Shown: in pieces, positions 19,977-28,861 of the stretch
How the letters are laid out: each line of letters begins with the position of its first letter
Position numbering within the stretch: the first letter of the stretch is position 1
Virus record (IMG/VR): IMGVR_UViG_3300025436_000002
Span: 64,001 to 128,000 of that record
Length of the DNA: 64,000 nucleotides
Direction: 5' to 3' (one strand)
Source of the DNA: a virus
Notes under the pieces: generated by a model
Seen by the model: the letters and a program-made list of their open reading frames with translations, nothing else
Databases searched by the model: none
Told to the model about the DNA's origin: nothing
Position numbers and translations under genes: made by a program

Positions 19977-20654
19977 ATGTTAAAAAAAGTAGGACTAGTA
20001 CAAACATATACTGGAAGCGGAAAAGGAAAGTCTACATCAGCATTTGGTCTTACGTTTAGAGCAGTGGGGCATGGATGGAACATACTTGTAATCCAGTTCA
20101 TGAAAGGTGAGGACTCAGATGATAAGATGTATGGAGAACTACAAGCGTGTACCCAGTTCAAAAGAAATATAACTGTGTTACAATCTCATGAGGGGATTCC
20201 GTATAAGATTGTATTAGAAAATAATAAGTCTGGAGAAGACAGACTCCTACTTGAAAAAACTTGGGATGCTATGGAAATGGAACTAGCTAACGGTAAGGAA
20301 GTCAATGTATTTACAGGAGAGACTGAACCTTACAACATGTTAGTACTCGATGAGATATTAGGATCTTTGAACTTAGGATTGATAAGACAGAGGGTATTCT
20401 TTGACTTCATAAAGAGGATTCGTACAGAGAGACCAGACCTTGAGATAGTGATGACAGGACGTATCTGGAGTGATACTCTTTACGATAAAGTAAAAGACAT
20501 ATCCGATTTAATGTCAGATTTGAGATGTGTTAAACACTACTTTGAAAAGACATGTCCTAAGTGTAAGAGAAGCTTCGAGTTCAGGTCAAACTTCTGTCCT
20601 AACTGCGGGGGAACACTCTCCACAATTTCCTCGAGAAAGGGTGTGGAAAATTGA
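19977..20654 (+). CDS. Cob(I)alamin adenosyltransferase (CobA/BtuR/CobO family) with C-terminal zinc ribbon
   Basis: GLVQTYTGSGKGKSTSAFG, IQFMKG, LVLDEI, MTGR, KHYF...RKGVE; extra CPKC..CPNC. Confidence 0.88.
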   Translation: MLKKVGLVQTYTGSGKGKSTSAFGLTFRAVGHGWNILVIQFMKGEDSDDKMYGELQACTQFKRNITVLQSHEGIPYKIVLENNKSGEDRLLLEKTWDAMEMELANGKEVNVFTGETEPYNMLVLDEILGSLNLGLIRQRVFFDFIKRIRTERPDLEIVMTGRIWSDTLYDKVKDISDLMSDLRCVKHYFEKTCPKCKRSFEFRSNFCPNCGGTLSTISSRKGVEN

Positions 20655-20743
20655 CTAATCTTTTATATTTTAAGTAGCGAGATTTTGAGAACATACAATT
20701 ATTATTTGAGTAGTGGGATAGAACTAGTGGGAGGATATTCAAT

Positions 20744-21349
20744 ATGACAGTAGTAGTGGCATACGTAGATGAATCTAACAAGAAGATAATCATGGGTGCA
20801 GATACTTGCATAGTTTACGGTTCTATGGAATTTGAAAAAGTCTCGGATAAAATAAAAGTATTCAAGGTTACAACTTCTTCATCAGAAGGTAAGAAGAAAA
20901 GAAAACTCAAAGCCGTTAAAGAGGTTGCAGAAAAAGTAACAACTGAAGAGATGGTTTTAGGTTTCGCAGGAACGTGGGCAGTTATCCAACAGATTATGTA
21001 TAACTTAGAAGTACCTGAGTATGTAGGTCAAGATTTAGTAGGATACATGGTTAGGGATGTAGCCCCTGCTATTAAAGACTTAGCAGACTTAGGAGAGACT
21101 GAACCTCTAAGTGTTATGGTAGGGTTTAAAGGTAGACTTTTTGAAATAGATGAACAGTTTAGTGTAACTGAGAACTTTAAAAATTACTCTGCAATAGGTA
21201 GTGGAGCTAATCATGCTAAAGCATCTCTCTACGCTCAAAGAGATTCTAGCCTATCCCCAACTGAAAAAGTAACAGAGGCTCTCGAATGTGCAGCCAACTT
21301 TATAATAAATGTTAAAGCTCCTTTCACATACCATACGATATATTCATAA
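20744..21349 (+). CDS. Ntn-hydrolase, HslV/proteasome-beta-like peptidase
   Basis: N-terminal M-T nucleophile, MGADT, GFAG, AIGSGA. Confidence 0.75.
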   Translation: MTVVVAYVDESNKKIIMGADTCIVYGSMEFEKVSDKIKVFKVTTSSSEGKKKRKLKAVKEVAEKVTTEEMVLGFAGTWAVIQQIMYNLEVPEYVGQDLVGYMVRDVAPAIKDLADLGETEPLSVMVGFKGRLFEIDEQFSVTENFKNYSAIGSGANHAKASLYAQRDSSLSPTEKVTEALECAANFIINVKAPFTYHTIYS

Positions 21350-21396
21350 TACTCTCAGCCACTACAAATATAATTAAACTAGGAGGTATAAGTACC

Positions 21397-21700
21397 ATGT
21401 ACCAAAATTTAGGCGGAACCCTTAATTCAGTTTTTAGTTTAGGTAGAGATACCAACTCTGCTTCTTTTCGTGTTAAGGATGGTGTGCTTGAATGGAGTGA
21501 TTACACTACTGACGGCTACCTTCCCATGTCGAATATAGATGATACAACTACTGATTTGATAACTACATGGTCTAGTACTAAGGTAGAGAGTAGCTACGGT
21601 TATATTTAATATCCAGCAGAAGTTGAGTGCTAATAAGTTATCTATCGCAAGTGCAACTACTTTAGAAGAATTAGCTTTAATAGATATTGAGTTTAATTAA
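21397..21700 (+). pseudogene. Truncated tail-fibre-like gene fused out of frame to a chaperone-like C-terminus
   Basis: N-terminus resembles that of 21720; another frame ends IASATTLEELALIDIEFN*. Confidence 0.5.
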
Positions 21701-21719
21701 AAAATACTAAGGGGATGAT

Positions 21720-22709
21720 GTGTTCAATAATAATAGTGGTACTACTAAGAATGAATTTAGTATAGGTACAGAGGTTAATAAAATATCTTTTAGGACTAAC
21801 AATGGGATCCCTGAATATAAAGGGTACAGTGATGTGGATTATATTTCATTTTCGAGTAAGTTACCGTTAGCAGGCGGTACCATGACAGGTGCTTTAACTA
21901 ACAATAATGTTAATAATATGTTCTCAAGATCAAAACAATTAGATGTACTAAATCAAATATCTACAGCTGTAGGAGGGTCATCTTATATTAAAAGAGCATT
22001 ATTTTTTGATGAAACTGGAGCAACTACAACTTTAAAAGATAGATCAGCTAATTTAGCTAATGCTACTTTATCTGCAAATGCCTCAACATTAAGTCCAAGT
22101 ATTTCAGGTGATTGTAGGTTCTTAAACATGGGAGCAACAAATACATTTGATTTTGCAGATGCTAATGATCTAAGTTTTGGTAATGGTACAACAGATAGTC
22201 CATTTAGTATAGTATCATTAATTAATCCAAATTCTGTAAGTGGTAATTTAGCAATACTTTGTAAAGAGGATGCTACTTCAGGTAGTATCCAAAGAGGGTA
22301 TCAATTTTATTTTTCAGGTGGAAGTCTTGCACTTCTATTAACATCTCAAAACATTACTGCTAACTATCTCATGAGATACCATAATGCTACTTTATCAGCA
22401 GATATTGGTACGAATCATGTATATAGTGCATTATATGGTGGTACTTCTGTTATTACAGATATGGAAATACATAGAGATGGTGTAAGAATTGATGATAGTT
22501 CTGCTACGTCTGGAACGTATGTAGCAATGTCAAATACAACTTCTAAATTAGGAAATTATGTATTAAATAGCTCAGGTGTAAAAGTAAGTCAAGGGAACTA
22601 TAAAGGCGGGGCGATATTTTTATTTAATATTAAACTATCAGCAGCACAATCAAAAGCAATCTCAAATATTTTATTATGTTATACAGGTCAGGATAACGCA
22701 TTTTTATAA
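21720..22709 (+). CDS. Putative tail fibre/virion protein with LamG/concanavalin-A-like domain
   Basis: KLPLAGGTMTG fibre motif; DLSFGNGTTDSPFSI, YQFYF, IHRDG; S/T/G/N-rich. Confidence 0.65.
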   Translation: MFNNNSGTTKNEFSIGTEVNKISFRTNNGIPEYKGYSDVDYISFSSKLPLAGGTMTGALTNNNVNNMFSRSKQLDVLNQISTAVGGSSYIKRALFFDETGATTTLKDRSANLANATLSANASTLSPSISGDCRFLNMGATNTFDFADANDLSFGNGTTDSPFSIVSLINPNSVSGNLAILCKEDATSGSIQRGYQFYFSGGSLALLLTSQNITANYLMRYHNATLSADIGTNHVYSALYGGTSVITDMEIHRDGVRIDDSSATSGTYVAMSNTTSKLGNYVLNSSGVKVSQGNYKGGAIFLFNIKLSAAQSKAISNILLCYTGQDNAFL

Positions 22710-22719
22710 GGAGAAAAAT

Positions 22720-22989
22720 ATGTCTTTAAAATTAGATTATACAACCCAATCAGGAATATCCCTAACACAAGCATACCTAAAAATAAATAGTATAAGATGG
22801 GAAGATAATACAGAACTTGAAGTTAGATTTGATTTCGGCATATTCATGGACAAAGAACATATGACACCCGTTGAGTCAAATTCTTATAGTTTTATTTATG
22901 ATTTAGTATCTACTGACAATGTTTTAACTCAATGTTATAGCTATCTAAAGACATTAGAAAGATTTACAAACATATCAGATTGTATTTAG
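22720..22989 (+). CDS. Small tail-fibre-associated protein
   Basis: Follows the fibre gene; AYLKI...QCYSYLKTL. Confidence 0.5.
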   Translation: MSLKLDYTTQSGISLTQAYLKINSIRWEDNTELEVRFDFGIFMDKEHMTPVESNSYSFIYDLVSTDNVLTQCYSYLKTLERFTNISDCI

Positions 22990-23014
22990 TTTTGTAAAGA
23001 TAAGACTTCAACAC

Positions 23015-23043
23015 TTGACTTATTAATTAGAGTATGCTATAAT
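23015..23043 (+). promoter_or_regulatory. Sigma70-type promoter of the tRNA cluster
   Basis: TTGACT-17-TATAAT with extended TG. Confidence 0.75.
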
Positions 23044-23080
23044 AGAAATATACACGTAGCAATGTGTATCCTTTCTCTAT

Positions 23081-23153
23081 TCACTGGTAGCTCAACAAGA
23101 AGAGTAACCCTCAATGGTGAGGGAAGATGTGAGTTCAAATCTTGCCCAGTGTC
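23081..23153 (+). tRNA. Atypical/pseudo tRNA (6-nt anticodon loop AATGGT, possibly Pro-derived)
   Basis: CACTGG/CCAGTG acceptor, GCTC/GAGT D arm, CCCTC/GAGGG stem, TTCAAAT T loop. Confidence 0.5.
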
Positions 23154-23158
23154 TTCTT

Positions 23159-23231
23159 GCCCCTTTAGCTCAGTTGGTAGAGCAACCGCCTTGTAAGCGG
23201 TATGTCGTCAGTTCGAATCTGACAGGGGGCT
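23159..23231 (+). tRNA. tRNA-Thr(TGT)
   Basis: Canonical cloverleaf; ACCGC-CTTGTAA-GCGGT. Confidence 0.93.
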
Positions 23232-23277
23232 TTTTAAAACAAGCAGTTAGTTTATATTATAAGAACGGAGGAGAGGT

Positions 23278-23350
23278 ATATAGATAGTTTAACAGGATAG
23301 AATGTTCTCCATTAGCGGGAACGGTGTGGATTCGACTTCCACTCTATATA
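23278..23350 (+). tRNA. tRNA-like element with TTA anticodon (ochre-suppressor-like or pseudo)
   Basis: ATATAGA/TCTATAT acceptor; TTCTC-CATTAGC-GGGAA; GTGGA-TTCGACT-TCCAC; A at position 33 is non-canonical. Confidence 0.55.
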
Positions 23351-23367
23351 TCTTTCTTCTAATACAA

Positions 23368-23438
23368 TGCGAGATAGAGTAACGGTAACTTATGAGGTTC
23401 ATACCCTTATGCTGGCAGTTCGATTCTGCCTCTCGCAA
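23368..23438 (+). tRNA. tRNA with CAT anticodon (Met/fMet-like)
   Basis: TGAGG-TTCATAC-CCTTA; TTCGATT T loop. Confidence 0.85.
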
Positions 23439-23465
23439 ATACTAACATAAAATGGGGACATTATT

Positions 23466-23539
23466 GTGGCTATGGTGTAATGGTAGCACCTCAGTTTGTG
23501 GTACTGATAGTACGAGTTCAAATCTCGTTAGCCACCCCA
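23466..23539 (+). tRNA. tRNA-His(GTG)
   Basis: TCAGT-TTGTGGT-ACTGA; encoded CCA. Confidence 0.9.
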
Positions 23540-23551
23540 TTTAACTAACCT

Positions 23552-23623
23552 AGGGAAGTAGCCAAGTGGTTAAGGCGGAGGACTGCAAATTCTCCATCGT
23601 GAGTTCGAGTCTCACCTTCCCTT
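23552..23623 (+). tRNA. tRNA-Cys(GCA)
   Basis: GAGGA-CTGCAAA-TTCTC. Confidence 0.9.
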
Positions 23624-23633
23624 AATACTTTAT

Positions 23634-23704
23634 GCGTCAGAAGTGTTACGGGAGCACAAGAGCCTCCAAAGCTTTTGGACAGAGTTCAATTCTCTGCTGG
23701 CGTG
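23634..23704 (+). tRNA. tRNA-Trp(CCA)
   Basis: AGAGC-CTCCAAA-GCTTT. Confidence 0.85.
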
Positions 23705-23714
23705 GTTATTACAT

Positions 23715-23795
23715 ATGTGATTGATGGAATGGTAGACATGCTAGTTTTAGATGCTAGTGGGGAAACCCGTAAGAGTTCAAGTCTCTTATCACATA
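23715..23795 (+). tRNA. tRNA-Leu(TAG)
   Basis: CTAGT-TTTAGAT-GCTAG; long variable arm GGGAAACCC. Confidence 0.88.
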
Positions 23796-23805
23796 TTATT
23801 TTCAT

Positions 23806-23877
23806 AGAGGTGTAGCCAAGCGGTAAGGCAACAGGTTTTGAACCTGTGTAACGGAGGTTCGATCCCTCCCACCTCTA
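23806..23877 (+). tRNA. tRNA-Gln(TTG)
   Basis: ACAGG-TTTTGAA-CCTGT. Confidence 0.88.
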
Positions 23878-23916
23878 ATTTTTACCAGTATGTATATAAC
23901 TCAATGTACGTACTTC

Positions 23917-24011
23917 GCCCCATTAGTTTAATCAGAACAACTGTTTGATCAACAGAAGGTGGAGACAAGAGTACTCGTGTTGTACTTGGTAGTGAGATTC
24001 TCCATGGGGTG
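23917..24011 (+). tRNA. tRNA-Ile(GAT)-like element with an insertion in the T arm
   Basis: GCCCCAT/ATGGGGT acceptor; ACTGT-TTGATCA-ACAGA; GGAGA...TCTCC encloses about 33 nt instead of 7. Confidence 0.5.
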
Positions 24012-24025
24012 GCGTTTAATAAAGT

Positions 24026-24093
24026 ATGCTTGTAGTTCAACGGTAGAACGGTCTTGTCTGAGGCTGTTGAGAGTTCAAGTCTCTCCAAGCATA
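24026..24093 (+). tRNA. Pseudo/atypical tRNA with shortened anticodon loop
   Basis: ATGCTTG/CAAGCAT acceptor, canonical D and T arms, GTCTT-GTCT-GAGGC anticodon arm. Confidence 0.5.
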
Positions 24094-24275
24094 CTTTACT
24101 ATCTAAGAGGGGAGGGTAACATGTGGGAATCTTTTATTAGAATAATAATTATTACAATGATACTTATGACGTTATCCATAGCTGTATTAAAAATTAGTAT
24201 TCTTTATTGGAATGTATCATATGAAACTCCTACAGCAGGCTCATTAATTCAAGTTACTAAAGGGGAAGGTAAAAC

Positions 24276-24560
24276 ATGGCAAGAGTAACAGGTAAGTATT
24301 ATAGAATTGAACATTCAGTTTATTTTGGGGATGGGAGTACTGAAACTGTTGACATAGTAGACTCATATTCCATAAGAGATTTCTTAATAGATACATATCT
24401 GAAGAGACCTACATTCGAACCAGACTATTATGAAGACGTTACACTTGAGAGTTTAATATTCATGGTAGAGTCTATAGACAAATTTGAAGGCATGGAAGTG
24501 GATATTAATGTAAGAGAGCATACTATAATAACAGAAGGGGAATTGTTAGATGATAATTAA
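24276..24560 (+). CDS. Acidic hypothetical protein
   Basis: ORF with RBS. Confidence 0.55.
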   Translation: MARVTGKYYRIEHSVYFGDGSTETVDIVDSYSIRDFLIDTYLKRPTFEPDYYEDVTLESLIFMVESIDKFEGMEVDINVREHTIITEGELLDDN

Positions 24561-24880
24561 ACCTGAGATACTTTGGTTCTGTACTTTATTCTATCCTATG
24601 ATAGGAGCTTTAATGATGGTAGTATGTTATATATTTCAACCAGATTCTAAAAAAGAAGACAAGGTTGTAGAGAATGAGGAGTATGTATACCCAAGAGATA
24701 GGATATATTAAATATATACTGCTCTGATTCAAAAAACATTGGGGATAAGAAAGTTGCTAAAGGATATATAATCATGTTAAACATATCACAAGAATTATTA
24801 TTATCCATGTATGGAGTCTTATACTTAATAATATTTGGACTCTACAATTCCCTTAAAAGTTTATTTAAGTAGGAGATATT

Positions 24881-25327
24881 TTGGTATTAGAGTGGAACAA
24901 CTACTTTTTAGAGATGGCTAAGACTGCTTCATTGAGATCTAATTGTATTAGGGCTCAAGTAGGGGCTATTATAGTTAACGAGGGTAAGTTCATAGTTGCA
25001 ACAGGATATAACGGAACTCCTTCGGGAGTAACAAGCTGTGTAGATAAGAAGTATTGTTATCGCATAGAGAATAGTATTCCATCGGGAACTAGATATGAGG
25101 ATTGCCAAAGTTTACATGCAGAAATGAATGCTATAATACAAGCGGGAATTCCTAAATGTAAAGGTTCAACCATGTACATATACGGACATAGTTTTGTATG
25201 CGTACTCTGTAAGAGATTTATAGTTCAGTCTGGAATAACTGGAGTCTATTTGAGAAAGGATGAACTATCTGAAATAAGATACATCCCTATTTCAACTATA
25301 AAAAAAGAACTAGAGGATTCCTTATGA
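24881..25327 (+). CDS. dCMP deaminase
   Basis: RSNC, VGAII, TGYNG, HAEMNAI, CVLC. Confidence 0.9.
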   Translation: MVLEWNNYFLEMAKTASLRSNCIRAQVGAIIVNEGKFIVATGYNGTPSGVTSCVDKKYCYRIENSIPSGTRYEDCQSLHAEMNAIIQAGIPKCKGSTMYIYGHSFVCVLCKRFIVQSGITGVYLRKDELSEIRYIPISTIKKELEDSL

Positions 25328-25408
25328 CAGATATTCAGACAATGATTTTAATTCTTTGTACTATGTTCATGTGGATAACTTTTTACCCAGAATATTAGGA
25401 GAATCGCT

Positions 25409-25648
25409 ATGAAAAATATACTAGTCACATTCTGTGAGAATGATTTTATATATTCTGTATATCTACAAGATGGGACAGGTATCCCACTTACAGACTACTG
25501 CCATAGGATACTATCACATATAGCCAGCCAAGGAGTTGAAACTATATTTAATACTCTAACTGAATTACTACAAAGATATCCTGATGCTGAGATAATAGAT
25601 CCAATAGAAGTTTCTAAAATTCTAATGACCGAAGAATTATTAAAATAG
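25409..25648 (+). CDS. KYLMxxELLK-tag family protein
   Basis: Ends EVSKILMTEELLK. Confidence 0.8.
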   Translation: MKNILVTFCENDFIYSVYLQDGTGIPLTDYCHRILSHIASQGVETIFNTLTELLQRYPDAEIIDPIEVSKILMTEELLK

Positions 25649-25711
25649 ATTGTAAAGTTTCATTTCAATAACCTTACTGAGAGTCTTGACGACTCTCTTT
25701 TTTTATGCTAT
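25622..25711 (+). repeat. 90-bp repeat copy 1 (tag end plus hairpin promoter)
   Basis: 89/90 identical to 56297-56386. Confidence 0.9.
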
Positions 25712-25740
25712 TCTATTCGTGTAAGGTTAGATAAAAGGAA
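25651..25740 (+). promoter_or_regulatory. Hairpin-embedded promoter/terminator
   Basis: GAGAGTC-TTGAC-GACTCTC-T7; TTGACG(25686)-17-TATTCT. Confidence 0.75.
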
Positions 25741-26340
25741 ATGTTTATGGAAACTAAACGAGTAAGGCTAACAGGAAGACTTCAAAGACAGGGTAGAATA
25801 AAACATCCAGACTTTAAAAAGTATGGCGTAAGAGAAATCCTAGATAATTTGACTGAAGCATGTAGTAAAGATAAAATAAACTTCGATGGAACTTTAGTAG
25901 GCTTGTCTAAATCCAAGTACAGAGTATTTGAAAAGAGTCATGTATGTGCTAAGTGTGGATTAGAAGCTCAGTACTTTATACTGGAGAAGCATGGTATGTG
26001 GATGGGTAAAGGGAATGTATATAACATATCAAATGAATATAGATTTCATCTTATGGCTGTAAGAGGAGATGGAAGTGAAGTAGAATTCACACAAGATCAC
26101 ATACTTCCTAAAACTTTAGGTGGAATTAATAATCTTATTAATTACCAAACTATGTGTATGGATTGTAATTCTAGGAAGGGTCATAAGGTTGAAGAGAGAG
26201 ATCTTAAAGTAATGAGTAATATCCTAAAGGAACTTGAAATTAAACACATACCTCATGAGGTTAGAACACCTTTTCACATTAAACTAATAAAGATAGTTAA
26301 CAAGGAAAGACGGGAGAGTTTATGTCAGTTTATGAAATAA
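25741..26340 (+). CDS. HNH endonuclease
   Basis: CAKC, DHILPKTLGG, NYQTMCMDCNSRKG. Confidence 0.85.
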   Translation: MFMETKRVRLTGRLQRQGRIKHPDFKKYGVREILDNLTEACSKDKINFDGTLVGLSKSKYRVFEKSHVCAKCGLEAQYFILEKHGMWMGKGNVYNISNEYRFHLMAVRGDGSEVEFTQDHILPKTLGGINNLINYQTMCMDCNSRKGHKVEERDLKVMSNILKELEIKHIPHEVRTPFHIKLIKIVNKERRESLCQFMK

Positions 26341-26600
26341 CAAAGTCAGCTTCTAGGGAAGGAAACGAGATAGTCTTCAGAACTCTTGATAGGCAGAAAG
26401 CTATAGACAAGATTAAAGAATTGGCGGGAGATACTAACCCTGATAAGTGGGAAGGTCAAGTGTGGAACAACGGAAACTCTATGGTAAGAAAATGGATTAA
26501 CAATAAGATAGATGAACCTCTAAACTGGGGCTATGCTTACTCAGCCATGTACGGTGGCAACATCCCTAGCTATTATCTTAAACAACACAAGTTAGATTAA
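26322..26600 (+). CDS. Hypothetical protein
   Basis: GGAG RBS; overlaps the HNH gene end. Confidence 0.55.
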   Translation: MSVYEITKSASREGNEIVFRTLDRQKAIDKIKELAGDTNPDKWEGQVWNNGNSMVRKWINNKIDEPLNWGYAYSAMYGGNIPSYYLKQHKLD

Positions 26601-26699
26601 TGTAACAAAGTATTAACCTTACATCATTGAGAGCCTTGACGGCTCTCTTTTTTTATGCTATTATGTATAAGTGAAGTTATTTAATTAAAGGAGACTGTC
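26601..26699 (+). promoter_or_regulatory. Hairpin-embedded promoter/terminator
   Basis: GAGAGCC-TTGAC-GGCTCTC-T7; TTGACG(26636)-17-TATTAT. Confidence 0.75.
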
Positions 26700-26975
26700 A
26701 TGTCACAGCAAGCACCTACTGAGAATGTAACTAACCCAAGATACCAAGCTTTCCTAGACTATCATTACGGAAATCATATGTTACATCACTACTCTCAGTT
26801 TATTAACAATATGGTTATTAATTTCCAAAAAGAACACCCTGAGAAAAATATAGGAAAACATGTTGTAGATCACGATGCTTTCACTAGCTATATAATTGAA
26901 AGTGTAGCCAAAGCAAATTCTCTACAGGAGATGGGATATGGGGATCATGCTCAATTTATCTGGGGAGACATGTAA
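26700..26975 (+). CDS. Hypothetical protein
   Basis: First gene after promoter. Confidence 0.6.
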   Translation: MSQQAPTENVTNPRYQAFLDYHYGNHMLHHYSQFINNMVINFQKEHPEKNIGKHVVDHDAFTSYIIESVAKANSLQEMGYGDHAQFIWGDM

Positions 26976-27244
26976 TGAATGAACTATTCGGAGATGATGT
27001 TCAAGGACTCTTCGTAGCTCACAGTCTGGAGGATTCCCTTGACTTCAAATTCTTCATATACGAGGGATTAAACTATCAAACTAGAATTAAATATAGAAAC
27101 TATGATTGGTCGAGAACGAGGATATGGGCAAACTCAACTCCAGAACAAGCATTGGAAACATTTAAGAATGATCCAAAGTATGTAGTATATGAAGATATAG
27201 CTGGATTTAAGAAGTATCTGATGACAAGAGAACTTATTAAGTAG
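26975..27244 (+). CDS. KYLMxxELLK-tag family protein
   Basis: Ends FKKYLMTRELIK. Confidence 0.8.
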   Translation: MNELFGDDVQGLFVAHSLEDSLDFKFFIYEGLNYQTRIKYRNYDWSRTRIWANSTPEQALETFKNDPKYVVYEDIAGFKKYLMTRELIK

Positions 27245-27254
27245 GAGAACTATA

Positions 27255-27959
27255 ATGAATGATAATATCATAGAGTTGTTTAGAGACATCAAAGGTTATG
27301 AAGGAAGATACTTGGTCTCGAATCTAGGTAATGTCAAAAGTCTAAACTATGCACGTACTGGGAGAGAGCAACTACTAAAGTTAAGGTTAGATGGTAAGGG
27401 TTATCCCTTTGTGACGTTACCTACAAAAAATCAACAGAGAGTGCACAGGCTTGTTGCTATCGCATTCATCCCTAATGATGAGGATAAACCTTACATAAAT
27501 CACATAGATGGTAATACATCCAATAACTCTATTGAGAATATTGAATGGTGTACTCCCGAAGAGAACATGAGACATAGATCTGATACTCTAGGATATAAAC
27601 ATTCTCAGGAAACGAGGGATAAGATAGGGTTAAAAGCTAAAGGTAGGACTATACATATAAATACCAAGAGATCTAGGCATAGACCAGTTAGGTGTATTGA
27701 GACAGGCATTGTCTATAGCTCACAAGTTGAAGCGGAATCTAAAACTGGCGTACTCGACAAATATATTTCAAATTGTTGTGCGGGTAGAGTAAAGACAGCA
27801 GGACATTTACATTGGGAGTTTGTTTTAGAATGTAGGGAATTTCAGAGTATTGTAGAATCTAGTTCAGTGTGTCAAGAGAAGATTGATGGGGTATTTAAAG
27901 AGAGTGGTAAAGGTACTGGTATCAGTGTATTAGTAACTAAGTTTGTTAAGGGATTATAA
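27255..27959 (+). CDS. NUMOD4-HNH homing endonuclease with C-terminal NUMOD DNA-binding motifs
   Basis: FRDIKGYEGRYLVSNLGNVKS, VHRLVAIAFIPN, INHIDG, NIEWCT..EN, HSQETRDKI. Confidence 0.9.
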   Translation: MNDNIIELFRDIKGYEGRYLVSNLGNVKSLNYARTGREQLLKLRLDGKGYPFVTLPTKNQQRVHRLVAIAFIPNDEDKPYINHIDGNTSNNSIENIEWCTPEENMRHRSDTLGYKHSQETRDKIGLKAKGRTIHINTKRSRHRPVRCIETGIVYSSQVEAESKTGVLDKYISNCCAGRVKTAGHLHWEFVLECREFQSIVESSSVCQEKIDGVFKESGKGTGISVLVTKFVKGL

Positions 27960-27961
27960 AT

Positions 27962-28282
27962 GTGACAAAGATTACGCTTGAGAATACTAATACACTACGT
28001 ATGAGAACTATTCCAGACGGGTTATCTCTCTTTAATCCTAGGGACGGACAACCTGAAATAGCTTATATGTTCTATGTGCTAGGTAGTAAACTTTGTGTAA
28101 TATCTTCAACTCACTATAATAACTTTAGAGATCCTACCTGTTGGATTGTTAGTTCTAGTAAAGAAAAATTAGAAACCCTAGGGAAGCTTACTGAAGCGTA
28201 TGCAACTTATAGGAACTTTTCTTTTACAACAGATACTAAAGAGATCAAAAGGCATATGATGATGAGGGAATTACTACAATGA
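27962..28282 (+). CDS. KYLMxxELLK-tag family protein
   Basis: Ends EIKRHMMMRELLQ. Confidence 0.75.
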   Translation: MTKITLENTNTLRMRTIPDGLSLFNPRDGQPEIAYMFYVLGSKLCVISSTHYNNFRDPTCWIVSSSKEKLETLGKLTEAYATYRNFSFTTDTKEIKRHMMMRELLQ

Positions 28283-28599
28283 GTAAAGTAACTCTAGGGG
28301 AGGTAATGATACTTGAAGGGATGTCTCCGATAGCTATATCTATATTCAGATATGGATATGATCGAATGATAGAGGAAATATCTTACAGGTTCTATATTAT
28401 GCAAGATAAACTTTTCTATATAGCTGATAAAGAAAACAGCCAGTTATTAGAAAAACCTCTGTGGGGAAGAGACACTAGATTTTCGGGAGATCTTTTAGAT
28501 AAGTTAGCTGAGGAATACTCAGGTGTGGGTAACTATTACCTCATAAGAGGGTATAAGGAAGTTAATAAATACATGATGGCAAGGGAGCTATTAAAATGA
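28279..28599 (+). CDS. KYLMxxELLK-tag family protein
   Basis: Ends EVNKYMMARELLK. Confidence 0.8.
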   Translation: MSKVTLGEVMILEGMSPIAISIFRYGYDRMIEEISYRFYIMQDKLFYIADKENSQLLEKPLWGRDTRFSGDLLDKLAEEYSGVGNYYLIRGYKEVNKYMMARELLK

Positions 28600-28844
28600 A
28601 TACTAAGTACTTTGCAGAGTATTATGATTTCTATAGGAGATACACTAAGAAGTTCTTTTTAAACAAAGACACTAATACTATTTTGTATGATATGGAAAGA
28701 GGAATGCATTCATCCCTCATAAATCTTTTTTATTTTGGAGGATTCAAGTGTCTATTGGAGGAGTTTGGAGGCAACCCTGATTTCTATATATACGATAATA
28801 AGCTATTCGATAAGTATTTAATGATAGAAGAATTAGAAAAATAA
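28596..28844 (+). CDS. KYLMxxELLK-tag family protein
   Basis: Ends LFDKYLMIEELEK. Confidence 0.8.
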   Translation: MNTKYFAEYYDFYRRYTKKFFLNKDTNTILYDMERGMHSSLINLFYFGGFKCLLEEFGGNPDFYIYDNKLFDKYLMIEELEK

Positions 28845-28861
28845 GGGGGGGGGAAAATAAA

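Noticed and set aside
23959-24288. 109-aa ORF as tracked
   Set aside because: Its 5' half overlaps tRNA-like genes; at most a shorter membrane peptide from the ATG at 24121 is plausible.
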